Shown here piece by piece: positions 1 through 12,693 of a stretch of 64,000 bases of DNA (the stretch's first letter is position 1; every line of letters starts with the position of its first letter). This stretch comes from Macrostomum lignano (taxonomy: Eukaryota). The DNA lies in NCBI GenBank assembly GCA_002269645.1, contig NIVC01002294.1:62001-126000 (forward strand), given 5' to 3'. The translations under genes were made by a program, and so were the position numbers. The notes beneath the pieces are model-generated. The model made no database searches. It was given only the letters and a program-made list of their open reading frames with translations, and was not told the origin of the DNA.

Positions 1-688
1 GTGACCGTATAAATAACAAAATGGTTATTTTTACAGTTAACACATAAGACACTATGCGGGCCTATGGTCTTTACTTAACATACATGCACAACCTTCAAAA
101 TTCGGTCGGCCATGCGACTTAGTTTTAACAAAAATGCGACATAGTTTTTGGCCAAAAATGCGACTTACATGTAAAAAACCCATATGCAAAATTAACGCAA
201 CTTTGGGTAAACGGCAGGAGTAACTATGACTGTCTTATTAAGGCAAAATGCCTCGTCAGCTACTTAGTACTACTACTTTGGTATTTTTTGGGTGAGCATT
301 TTTGCAACTTCCTTGATTGGCCGCCAAATCGGTTGGCCGGATCGGCTGACTCGGCCGACTGTTGCGCATGTATGTTACTTAATGTAACCGTATAAATAGC
401 AAAACTGTTATTTTTATGGTCACCGTAGGTAGGAAGCAAAATGGATATTTTTATGGTCATGTGGAAGAAATTTCTGTTAAATTACAAGGTAATAGTAACA
501 ATTACCTAAAGTGAGCTACTATGACAAGAACCACTAGAAGTTACCATGGTATTTATTAATAAAACATTTCTTTATTTTTTAAATTTAACCATCATAGTAT
601 TTGCATAGCAAGTTTGTCACTTCATTTAGATGGTATTAGTTTTAAGTGTTAACCATAAAAATAACCATCTCGCTATTTATACAGTCAC
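1..688. repeat. Three degenerate ~41-bp copies (two direct, one inverted) in AT-rich DNA; decayed foldback/MITE-like remnant
   Basis: gtgaccgtataaataacaaaatggttatttttacagttaac (1-41), gtaaccgtataaatagcaaaactgttatttttatggtcacc (384-424), and an inverted copy at 648-688. Confidence 0.6.
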
Positions 689-1261
689 CGTAACAATAAC
701 AACTGCCTAAATAAGTAGGCCTATCAAAAACATTTAAATTTTAAATGTTTCAAAATTGAAAAAAGTTTTTAAATAAATCTTACATTAAGCAAACATATAA
801 AAAATATTCTTTTAGACTACTAAAGAATAAGTCTATTTAGATAGAATATAATTAGAATATATCAAACAATTAATCTACTAATATAGCTAAAATGCTAATA
901 TTTTTTTAGCTTTATTTATAGCTAGCTATTAGCCTATTAGGTTTTTAAAAAGGTTTTACTAAAATTGAAATTTTTAAAATCTTTTTTAGAATTATGTTTT
1001 TCAAAATTATTAAAAGTTCTAATTTATTTTATTATAATTTATTATATTAAAAATAAATAAATAAATATTTTAGAACAACTAATAATAAAAACATTCATAA
1101 AAAGCTATTATATAGATAGACCTTGTTATAGTTACAAAAACTTCATATATTTAAATCAGTTTAATTGTTTCTATTAGAGAAAGTATTAATTTTAGCAAAA
1201 TATAAAAACAATCTTTTAACAAAGTAGGCCTACCCTACTATGATACTTTCAAAAGGTATGA

Positions 1262-1590
1262 CCTAAAAAGGGTACCACCAAATTTGTCAATATCTAATCC
1301 TCAATATACATTTGGTATAAATTTGGTGCATGACTAAGACTGCCATACACAAAGACTGCCACAACTATTTACTGGTATTGAGGGGGAGCTAATCAATCTT
1401 CTAGCATTGCTATTCCTCTCATAGGTTTCTCTTGTAGGCTTGTCCTATTGGCTCTCCTACCCACTCATCCCCCCTCTAGCACTATTCAATAACATATTCA
1501 GCCAAATTCCTTCCCCAGCTCCTCAAGTGTGGCAGTCTTGGTGTGTGGCGGTTTTGGTCATACACCATAAATTTGGTATAACCTTTTTAG
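1262..1590. mobile_element. Decayed MITE-like inverted repeat
   Basis: 1325-1363 (ggtgcatgactaagactgccatacacaaagactgccaca) is an imperfect reverse complement of 1528-1566. The outer arms ctaaaaagggtaccaccaaattt / aaatttggtataacctttttag also match. No TSD identified. Confidence 0.5.
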
Positions 1591-2274
1591 CATTCAAAGT
1601 AATCATAAATTAGATCTATTGCAAACTTATAGAAGTATTTTACTAATACTATTTAGTTAGAATTATTACATTGGTAAAACATATTTTTTTAAATGTCACA
1701 TAGGGGCCACCTAATATTAATAAGTAACAACAGTTGGCTTTGTATTTCTGTCTACCTAGCATAGGGATTTTACCCAGATTTAATTAGCAAACTTAGCACT
1801 CACTATATTTAAAAAACGGATCAAAATGTTTCTATTAAACTAAAGCTATGTATTACATATTGGTACTGAAGATCAAAGGGAAAAAATTAACAACATAACA
1901 GTTTGTTACTTCTACACTTTTAAAGGTTAAAGATTAAAGAAATGCTGTTTGTGAATAAAACTAAAGAAGCAAACCAATAAAATAACACGGGAACGCAGAT
2001 AAAAGTGCATACGTTCTAGTAAACAAAGAACGTTTGGTCGAAAAATTAGTACTTGCTAAGCAAATAAGATTATTTAAAAGATAAATCTTTTAAACCTCTG
2101 AAATTTTATTAGTACTTTTTGTCTAGCAAAATAGCAGGCTAATTTTTATTATAATACACTGCTACAATTTTGCATTAACTTCTTCACTGATTTGAAATGA
2201 TCGCGTTGCAAGAAATTGACTTTACGACAATTAATTAAGCACCGAAGTTTACGTTTCTTCTTTTAACCAGCAAC

Positions 2275-5200
2275 ATGTCCTTTCAAAAAGATTGTCACAC
2301 AAAGGCAGATTTAGATCTTTGTATATTTCATGACATATTTCGTCGGGCGGACAAAAACGGTAACAACATTTGAGCATATGAATATCATTGGGAGCTGTCG
2401 TTCTTTGATATCAATATTTTGATTGAGGATTTTTTAATTGAAAGAAAAATGCGTTCCTTCAATTGGATACATTTAGTCGCTATTTAAAGCATTTAAGACT
2501 ATTAAATTTTACCAACGTGAATAAACATAAACAATTAAGGATTTCATTCAGTTTTTTAAGTATCAATTTTTAATATATGGAAATTAAGGGCGCAACCAGT
2601 AGAGCGCTGGTGGCGAATTTTTGCCAAAATACAGGCTTGCCCCCGGCCCCCTTTGGGTCTTGACCCACCGGAACCCGACCCTCGACCCAAATCACCGAAT
2701 AAGCGTCACTGTAATGGGACACCTAGCTGAACCATCATTTAAACTATATTAGGTTTATAATAAAATATCACTACATTTACTAACTACGTTTAGACGATGG
2801 AGCCATCTCTTGGGCTGAATTTGTGTGCTACTTTTCGGATGGTATCATGACAGACGATGGCATGAGAGCACTCTTCACTGAGATTGACACGCACCATACC
2901 AAGTGAGATCCGTTCGTTATTTAATTGGAAACGAGAAGCAACGATTATCGTCTCCATGCCAATACATGCGCCCCTATTTTCGGCAGCAACATAGACACTC
3001 AGGAGCTGTGTAGCTACTTCTCATCACACCTGGGAGCGCATGCACCGGTGTTCAAGGCCGCTGCCACGCTGTGCAACGCAGTCTCGCTGTCGATGAAGTC
3101 GCTGGCGGAGACTCACCCGGCCGGCAGCTCAGCTGCCCAGTTTATCGACCGATTCCTGCTGCGCGAGATCTGCGCCCATTTGGAGGCGCAGCACCGCGTG
3201 CTCAGGAACGCGCTGGACAGCCTTGAAAGCCAGGGCCGCGCCAGGGCTTCCGCCGGCACCGGCGAGACGCCGGAACTCGCCGCTGCGGCTGCCGCTGCCA
3301 ACTGTCAAGGAGTTGTCCTGCCCTACACGCGGCTGATGTCCGCACCCTCTAGCATGCAGGTCCAGGACTCAATGCCTCAGTCGCAGGCTGATTCCGCCGG
3401 CCGTCTGCAGCAGGAGGTGCAGAAACTTCAGCGCCTTGTGGACCGCATGGAAGCTAACACCAGCTTCTTCACGGGCCGGAGCGAGGAGGCTGTCATGGAA
3501 GAGGAAGAGCCCGTGGTGAGTTCTGAGAGTCTTGTATTGAATCTTTTGAGCAACCCGTTCTTGGAATCCGCCTTCGGAATCCGCCCTCGGAATCCGCCCT
3601 CGGAATCCGCCCTCGGAATCCGCCCTCGGAATCCGCCCTCGGAATCCGCCCTCGGAATCCGCCCTCGGAATCCGCCCTCGGAATCCGCCCTCGGAATCCG
3701 CCCTCGGAATCCGCCCTCGGAATCCGCCCTCGGAATCCGCCCTCGGAATCCGCCCTCGGAATCCGCCCTCGGAATCCGCCCTCGGAATCCGCCCTCGGAA
3801 TCCGCCCTCGGAATCCGCCCTCGGAATCCGCCCTCGGAATCCGCCCTCGGAATCCGCCCTCGGAATCCGCCCTCGGACTCCGCCCTCGGAATCCGCCCTC
3901 GGAATCCGCCCTCGGAATCCGCCCTCGGAATCCGCCCTCGGAATCCGCCCTCGGAATCCGCCCTCGGAATCCGCCCTCGGAATCCGCCCTCGGAATCCGC
4001 CCTCGGAATCCGCCCTCGGAATCCGCCCTCGGAATCTGCATTTGAAGCGAGGTTTACTGGATAAAAACTTGAAATCCCCTCTCTTTCCGAGATTTCCGAG
4101 TCTCTCAGTGCATTTCAACAAGGCTTAGCATGCAGTTTAAAAGAATGCCGCATTTCCACTAAGCCAGCTGAGCCGAAGCAGCTGCTGGTGAGGGAGCACT
4201 CGAGCGGATCAGGCAAAGCGTCTGAAAGATGTCACAGTAGGCTTTGAGAGGAACGGATTGAATGTCCGTGGCAGTCTGAGACTGGCAGGTCGGGATTTGA
4301 ATAAAGCTTAATCCAGCCCGAGCAGCCCCGAGTTTCTTCTTCACTCTGAAGTCACCGGGAAAATCCCCAAGGCAGCGCCTCTCACGGTCCGGCCGGGCTG
4401 TCCCCCGTCACTGATTAGCCGCCCCCTTCGCTCAGTCTAATTAGAAAATCGCCAGCCGTCCCGGCAATTCCCGCTGCACTTTTGCTCGTCACGGCTCCGG
4501 TGGAGTTGCCGCGCGCGACCGTCCGCTGCGTCCTCAAAGTTTTACTCGCGGCGCAGACTTCGGCGAGACCTCTGAGAAGGTCGGCTCCCCCTCCGCCGCA
4601 GCACAAATTGAATTTTCACCCGAGTGTCAAAACCTGCCGCCGGAAAACTTGTTAGCGGGAGAGCGGATCCGTCACCCGCTGCCGTCACCCGCCCGCCGCT
4701 CTTCGGGCCGCCGCGCATCTGCGCGTCTTTATGGCCGCCGCGGAGGCTGCATGGCGGCCGACAGAATGAATTTCCCACTTGAGGAAAAGTCTCCGGCCCG
4801 CGCCCCCGGTCGTATGCGAAGTTCGGGGGCCTTTGATCAATAAATAATTGATCGACACGCCACGAACCCCATTTGCATGCCCCCCGGCCCTGCCATAGTT
4901 TCCGCCGCTGGTTCGCCTCGCGAAAGAAGAATTGATTGGGGGGGGGGGGCTGGCTCTCCTCCGCCCCCAGTTCTTTTTCCCCAGCTCTCCCCGCTCTCGT
5001 AAACTTCGGAGACCATTTCATTCCCGAGCAGAGATTCGGCCGGCCGCCCCCTCCCTGTCTGGCCTCTCCCGGTCTGTTGCGGCCCCGCCCCGGCCGAGCT
5101 GCGTCTCCGCTCGATGGGGCGGCCGGGAAGTCAGTCGAAAGGAGCGGGAATTAGCTGGGATCGGTGAGCCCGGCTCTCGCAGTCCCAGGTAGCCAAAGCG

Positions 5201-8200
5201 AGTTTGCCTCTCGCTTAATGGGTTGCCGCCGCCGCCGCCGCCCGAAACTCCTCGGCCTTCAGCGCGCGCACCGCTTTGCTTTTGACTGGCGCGGACTGGG
5301 AGGAGGCGGAGGAGGCCGGCCAGGAAAAGTGCAAACTCAGCAGAGAACGGGAGACAGGCGATGGAGATTAAAGTCAATAAAAGGCTTGTTGACCCAGCTG
5401 ATTTATTGCTGGCCCGGGGCAGCAATCGAGCGGATGCATCGGGAGTAGCGATTTCTTAGAAAACGAGGCGATAAGCGGGGCAGAAAGCGAAGCCGTTTCC
5501 CCTCTTTCTGTTCCAATGTCTCCAAAAAAGGCCTGCCGCGCTCCCCTTTCAATTCGGGGGGGGGGGGCGGGGGTGCGGATCTTCAGCTCCATCCAGCCGA
5601 TCACGTGACTGACGGCTCCTGTTTGCCCAGCTTTTCCTCAGTTCCCCCTCAGCCTCTCCGCCTCTGTTGGAAACGACCTGCCCAGCTTCATATTGCAGCC
5701 TCTGTGCTTCATCATTTCCAACCCTCGGCTCGAGCTGAGCCGCCCCGGCCTGAGGCGGGATCTCAGGGTCAACAAGCTGGAGGAGCAACTAGTCTGCTGG
5801 GACGGGAGCGAGCAAAAGAATCCCTTCTGCCGGGACTTGCTCCCATCTGGCGAGTTATAATCCCTTTTATCCGGGCAGGAATAATATTGGGGAGTAGAAC
5901 TGCTGAGTGCGAAACTGCTCTCTATCTCTTTTGCTGAGAGATAATCCCCGCTTGCTCAGAGATTATCCTATCTTGCCGATAGATAGTCCCTTGTTGCTGG
6001 GAGATAATCTTCTGTAGCTGGGGGAGAATCCTCTGTTGCCGAGAGATAGTCCTCTGTTTCTAGGAGATAATCCTCTGTTGCTAGGAGATAATCCTCTGTT
6101 GCTAGGAGATAATCCTCTGTTGCTAGGAGATAATCCTCTGTTGCTAGGAGATAATCCTCTGTTGCTAGGAGATAATCCTCTGTTGCTAGGGGATAATCCT
6201 CTGTTGCTAGGAGATAATCCTCTGTTGCTAGGAGATAATCCTCTGTTGCTAGGGGATAATCCTCTGTTGCTAGGAGATAATCCTCTGTTGCTAGGAGATA
6301 ATCCTCTGTTGCTAGGAGATAATCCTCTGTTGCTAGGAGATAATCCTCTGTTGCCGAGAGATAATCCCCGCTTGCTCCGAGATAATCCTCTGTTGCTGGG
6401 AGATAATCTTCAGTTGCCGGGGATAATCATGTTGCCTAGAGATAATCCCCTCTTACTCAGACATAATCCTCTGTTGCTGGGAGATAGTCCTCTGATGCTA
6501 GGTGATAATCTTCTGTTGCCGAGGGATAATCTTCTTGAGGGCGCTGGGGAAAATCCCTCAATATGAACTATATTCCCAATCAAGGAGAGTTAATCCCATC
6601 TCACTATCACTGCATCTCCTGCTGCGTAGCCTTACAGCTCGCTATCAATTCTCTCAGCCCGTGCTCGAAAAGAATTCACCGAGTCTGCCTCACCCCCCGC
6701 ACCCTTCCGACCCGCAGATTCTGGTTGTGCGGCGTCGCGTGACGGTGCAGGACGAGCAGCTGAGCCGCCTGCGGGCGGCACTGAAGAAATACGCGGCTGA
6801 GCTGGAAGGCCGAGTGCCGCAGTGCCTCTTGTGGGTTGCCTTGGGTCTGGTGCCGCAGTGCCTCTTGTGGATTGCCTTGGGTCTGGTGCCGCAGTGCCTC
6901 TTGTGGGTTGCCTTGGGTCTGGTGCCGCAGTGCCTCTTGTGGGTTGCCTTGGGTCTGGTGCCGCAGTGCCTCTTGTGGGTTGCCTTGGGTCTGGTGCCGC
7001 AGTGCCTCTTGTGGGTTGCCTGGGGTCTGGTGCCGCAGTGCCTCTTGTGGGTTGCCTGGGGTCTGGTGCCGCAGTGCCTCTTGTGGATTGCCTTGGGTCT
7101 GGTGCCGCAGTGCCTCTTGTGGGTTGCCTTGGGTCTGGTGCCGCAGTGCCTCTTGTGGGTTGCCTTGGGTCTGGTGCCGCAGTGCCTCTTGTGGGTTGCC
7201 TTGGGTCTGGTGCCGCAGTGCCTCTTGTGGATTGCCTTGGGTCTGGTGCCGCAGTGCCTCTTGTGGGTTGCCTTGGGTCTGGTGGCGCAGTGCCTCTTGT
7301 GGGTTGCCTGGGGTCTGGTGCCGCAGTGCCTCTTGTGGGTTGCCTTGGGTCTGGTGCCGCAGTGCCTCTTGTGGGTTGCCTTGGGTCTGGTGCCGCAGTG
7401 CCTCTTGTGGGTTGCCTTGGGTCTGGTGCCGCAGTGCCTCTTGTGGGTTGCCTGGGGTCTGGTGCTCTGGGTGGAGGGGGCAGGCGGAGGCACCAGTCAT
7501 ATTGATATCAGCTCATTCAATACGAGCTCACGGGCTGTCCCAGCAGCACTGAGGCACACAGAGAAGCAGCTCAGGTCAACTTATCCGGCCCCAGCAGCCT
7601 CCCCAGCGCTCCCTCATCACTCCTTGTTCCCCGCTGCCTCCAGGAAGCCAAACTTCTCTCTCGCAGCGGCCTTCGAGAACAGAAGCAGAGCGGGCGGGGA
7701 AAGTGGTGGAGAAGACAATGCAGGACAATGGGGGGGGGGGGCTGTCGCCGGCCTCCCGTATCGATTCCCCACACAGCCCGCCTGCCTCTGTGCGTGCGCG
7801 TCTTAGCAGCTCCGCTTTGCACTTTTGCCCACGGCAATTTCGGCGCACAGCGTCCGGGAGCCTCAGCTGCCCGTGAAATTCGCCGGCCAACCCCCCCCAT
7901 CTACCTGGCCGAGTCCCCCCGCTAACGACCGCCCTGGCCGGGGAGAAGAAGTTGCAGCCCCAAGCAGAACCGCGATCTTCTGCCGCTGCTGCGGGCCGGA
8001 AAAAGCGGCCGGAGTGCCGGCTGGGCTCTGCTGCGGCGGCGGCGGCCATTTCCTGGCTGGAAGGCTTTTACTGAAAGCGGGGGGGCTTCCCGGAGAAGGG
8101 AGGGAAAAGCTGATCCGGCAGATACGGGGCGGTTTGGCTTGAGGCCGCTTTCGGGAAATCTGCTACAGGGACAAGGGTCTGAGAGAGGTCTGCTTCTGGG

Positions 8201-10996
8201 GATTAAGAGGCTTGCAGCTGACTGACTGATGCATCAGAAGCGAGAAAGTCTGCTGATAGACCTGAGTGAGATTGATAGGCCTGAGTGAGATTGATAGGCG
8301 TGAGTGAGATTGATAGACCTGAGTGATATTGATAGACCTGAGTGAGATTGATAGGCGTGAGTGAGATTGATAGGCCTGAGTGAGATTGATAGGCCTGAGT
8401 GAGATTGATAGGCCTGAGTGAGATTGATAGACATGAGTAACATTGATAGACATGAGTGAGATTGATAGACCTGAGTGAGATTGATAGACCTGAGTGAGAT
8501 TAATAGACCTGAGTGAGATTGATAGACCTGAGTGAGATTAATAGACCTGAGTGAGATTGATAGATATGAATTGATAGATCTGAACTGACATTACCGAAGC
8601 AGCCGAGTGACCACGAGGACATTTGCCCGGATGTAGATTTATAGCCCGGTCTTCAGGCCCAGCACCGCTGGCAGATCTGGGCGCCATCGCGGAACTGCCA
8701 GCTGAGTTATTCCGCGGCAAATTAAATTCTCAAATTATCGGCTGAAAGTTCGGGCAGCTCCGCCCCGCGCAACGCAAGCATCACAGCTGATTTTTGTCAA
8801 GACGGACCTCAGGCTCTGCCAAATTAGATATGATGCGGGGATCCGTGCGGCCGCCAATCCCCCGGGATGGCGGGCCTGATGCAGCTCTGCAGCTTCCCAC
8901 TGAAATACGACGGCGCCCTGGGGAGCCCCGGGGATCCTCGGCCGGGCTTCCCCTTCTCCACCTGAAGCCCGCATTCAACAGGAAACTTTGTAGCTGGGCG
9001 ATGATTGAGAGTCTGTCAGCGGGAGCTCGGAGTGTCTGCAGCCTCTGCTCCTGCACCCAAACCTATGCTCAGTGCACTGCTGCAGAAATGCCCAGTTTGT
9101 GCTCAGTTCAGCTCTGCTCTCATTCCTAGTTTATACTCAGTTTATGCCCAATTTTTACCCAGTTTATGCCGCAGGTTTTACTCAGTTTATGCTTAGTTTA
9201 TCATCAGTTCATATTCAGTTTATACCCCAGTTTATTCTCAGTTTATGTCCTAGATTATTACTCTGTTAATGCCCCAGTTTATGCTCAGTTTATACTGAGT
9301 TTATGCTCAGTTTATGCTTAGCTTATGCTCAGTTTTGCCCAGTTTATGCTCAGTTTATTGCTGCCCTCATGCTCAGTCTAACGCCTGATAGTCTCTGGAC
9401 TTTCTTCCCACCCTCACTGCCTCCGAGTCAATGTCAATCGACAGGACCAACTGAACACAAGTTGAGCTCAAAGCTGTCGGCTTTTGAGTTGATTTTTTAT
9501 TTAAACTTATGACAATTAGCTGGGCAAAGAAGCTGTCGCAATTTTATCCCTGGAGAAATATTGTAACCCGTGCGGACCTCCGGCTAACAGAAATCCCAGC
9601 GGGTGCGCTGGATCCCCCCCCCCCTGCTGAGCAATCTGCCAGCAATCTCCTGCGCCTGACCGCCTCCGGCCTCTTCAAGCATGAGAAATGAAAAAAGACA
9701 AGAGCACCCTTTGCTCGGGGCTGCCCGTCTCCCAACAACTGACAGTCTTGAGGGGGAGCGGCCGGGCCGTCTTTCTAAGAAAGATGAAAATTAGGGCGAC
9801 AGAAGGAGGGAGCGGAAAAGTCGCCCCACACTTTTTTAGGGCGGCTTGACTGACTGCAGGTGCCGGGCTTCCCCGGCGCCAGATTTTACAGCGGGGAATT
9901 CGCGCCTGCCGCTCAGCTGCTGCAGCCGCCCCATCAGTAGCAGAATTCCATCCCGGCAGCCGGCAACCCAGCTGAACACCCGGGCTGCCGTGTGTCATTG
10001 TCAACGGGTTGAAAAACTGAAATCTAAAAAGGTCGAAATTGGGATCTGAAATTCGGTTTCCTGTCGTGTTCATTTTCCTCACCTCCTGGTTCCGATTGAT
10101 GTGAACTTTTAGGCAGCAGCTTCCTGCGCTTACTGCAGTCTCTTTCTTTAGGGTGCCTCCTAAGTGCTGTTGACTTTCCCGCTTCCCACAGCCTGAGCGT
10201 CAGGGTCTACAGGGAGACTGGCGGGCTCGTCATCTACGAGTTCTGGGAGTCGCTGGGCAGCTGGCGAAAGTTTTTGCCGAGTCCCGTCAGCAAAGAGCTC
10301 CGGAAGTGCATAGTGGACTGCTCAGAGGCTCCGGAAAGCACCGAGACACTCCTGCTGCCGTGTGAGTAGCCGCACAGTCCCTGTATCTGCCGTGTGACAG
10401 GCCTGCACAGTCCCTGTGTCTGCCGTGTGACAGGCCTGCAGAGTCCCTGTGTCTGCCGTGTGACAGGCCTGCAGAGTCCCTGTGTCTGGCGTGTGACAGG
10501 CCTGTAGAGTCCCTGTGTCTGGCGTGTGACAGGCCTGTAAAGTCCCTGTGTCTGCCATGTGACAGGCCTGCAGAGTCCCTGTGTCTGGCGTGTGACAGGC
10601 CTGTGGAGTCCCTGTGTCTGGCGTGTGACAGGCCTGTAGAGTCCCTGTGTCTGGCGTGTGACAGGCCTGTAGAGTCCCTGTGTCTGCCATGTGACAGGCC
10701 TGCAGAGTCCCTGTGTCTGGCGTGTGACAGGCCTGTAGAGTCCCTGTGTCTGCCATGAACTTTCGAGAACGACCAGCTTTTTGGGGCATTGAAAGATCCG
10801 CCTTAATACATGCAGATTAAGATTGATAAATCTAAATTGATCGATAGTTGTGATGCATGCGGTGCATTGATAGAAATGATTCACTGACATTTAATTTAAT
10901 TTAATTTTAGCATCCCCGTTGTGCTACTAATAGTAGGCCCTCAACGAGTTTTCATTATTTTTTTCAGCGGACTGGTGGAAGCAGCTGGAGCACTGA
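2275..10996 (+). CDS. NECAB: N-terminal EF-hand calcium-binding protein (NECAB family): 2 EF-hands, coiled coil, C-terminal ABM-like domain; 344 aa, 6 coding exons
   Basis: join(2275..2359,2794..2902,2987..3515,6718..6830,10192..10361,10968..10996) = 1035 nt, all introns GT-AG and phase-consistent. The translation contains HDIFRRADKNDDGAISWAEF, FTEIDTHHTNNIDTQELCSYF, QFIDRFLLRE, ILVVRRRV, VIYEFWES and LLLPSDWW, which match my recollection of NECAB1-3. A pyrimidine tract plus AG at 2270 just before the ATG suggests a 5' UTR intron or trans-splice site. Confidence 0.9.
3563..4037. repeat. 13-bp minisatellite (GGAATCCGCCCTC)n in NECAB intron 3
   Basis: About 36 near-perfect copies, starting ~50 bp after the GTGAGT donor at 3516. 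Confidence 0.95.
5938..6540. repeat. 21-bp minisatellite (GGAGATAATCCTCTGTTGCTA)n
   Basis: Homogeneous core at ~6060-6355 with degenerate flanks. Confidence 0.95.
6814..7461. repeat. 36-bp x18 minisatellite spanning the NECAB exon 4 / intron 4 junction
   Basis: Unit GTGCCGCAGTGCCTCTT|GTGGGTTGCCTTGGGTCTG; the first copy contains the inferred donor at 6831. Confidence 0.95.
8257..8580. repeat. 19-bp minisatellite (GATAGACCTGAGTGAGATT)n
   Basis: Direct inspection. Confidence 0.9.
9060..9375. repeat. Degenerate 10-11-bp repeat (CAGTTTATGCT-like)
   Basis: Recurrent cagtttat(g/a)c core. Confidence 0.75.
10355..10757. repeat. 33-bp minisatellite starting at the NECAB exon 5 donor
   Basis: Unit CTGCCGT|GTGACAGGCCTGCAGAGTCCCTGTGT, ~12 copies. 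The first copy carries GTGAGT. Confidence 0.9.
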
Positions 10997-11504
10997 AGTC
11001 AGCAGTGCGGGCCGGCTGAGCAGCTACTTCAACACCGGCTGACGGGCCTGTCACAAAGTGCGAGATGAACTTTGCACCAATTGATTGAATAATCGAAATT
11101 TGAAACATCTAGAATATTAAAGTTATAGAGGCTTGTCTTGTATTAAGAAACTCTGTTGTAACGTCATTGCCTCATCATCTCCTTGTTCGCTACTCAGTTG
11201 ATGTGAGATTCCATAGGCGGAGCCGCTGCACCCACCCTGTGACCCCCGCAGGTGCAGCACAATAAACAGGTGTGATGTGTCACCAAAGCAGCTTCGCCCT
11301 TCGGGGTTGGCAGCATTCAAAGCTGGCGTTTTTTAATTACGAATCAGGTGCGGCCATCCGAAATGCGCCCAGGTGAAATAATTGCAAAGCAGAAAAGCGA
11401 AAAAATTCTGAAACACAGAGAAGCAAGCAAAAGTCCGTGGATGGCGGCTGGCTGCAAAGCCGAGGGTGAAAGCCGCTCATGAAAATGCGAGAGAGAGGCA
11501 GGTA

Positions 11505-12592
<1,088 letters not shown>

Positions 12593-12693
12593 ATTTATTA
12601 ATTTTAACTCCAGTTATTCCTGGCCATAGCTCCACCATCCCCCGTCCCCCTGCCACCGATCTGGCGCTCTGGCTGTGCCGAATTGCGATTGAC

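Noticed and set aside
2925-4064. 379-aa ORF as a single-exon gene
   Set aside because: Only 2987-3515 is exonic (NECAB exon 3); the rest reads through the donor into a 13-bp repeat.
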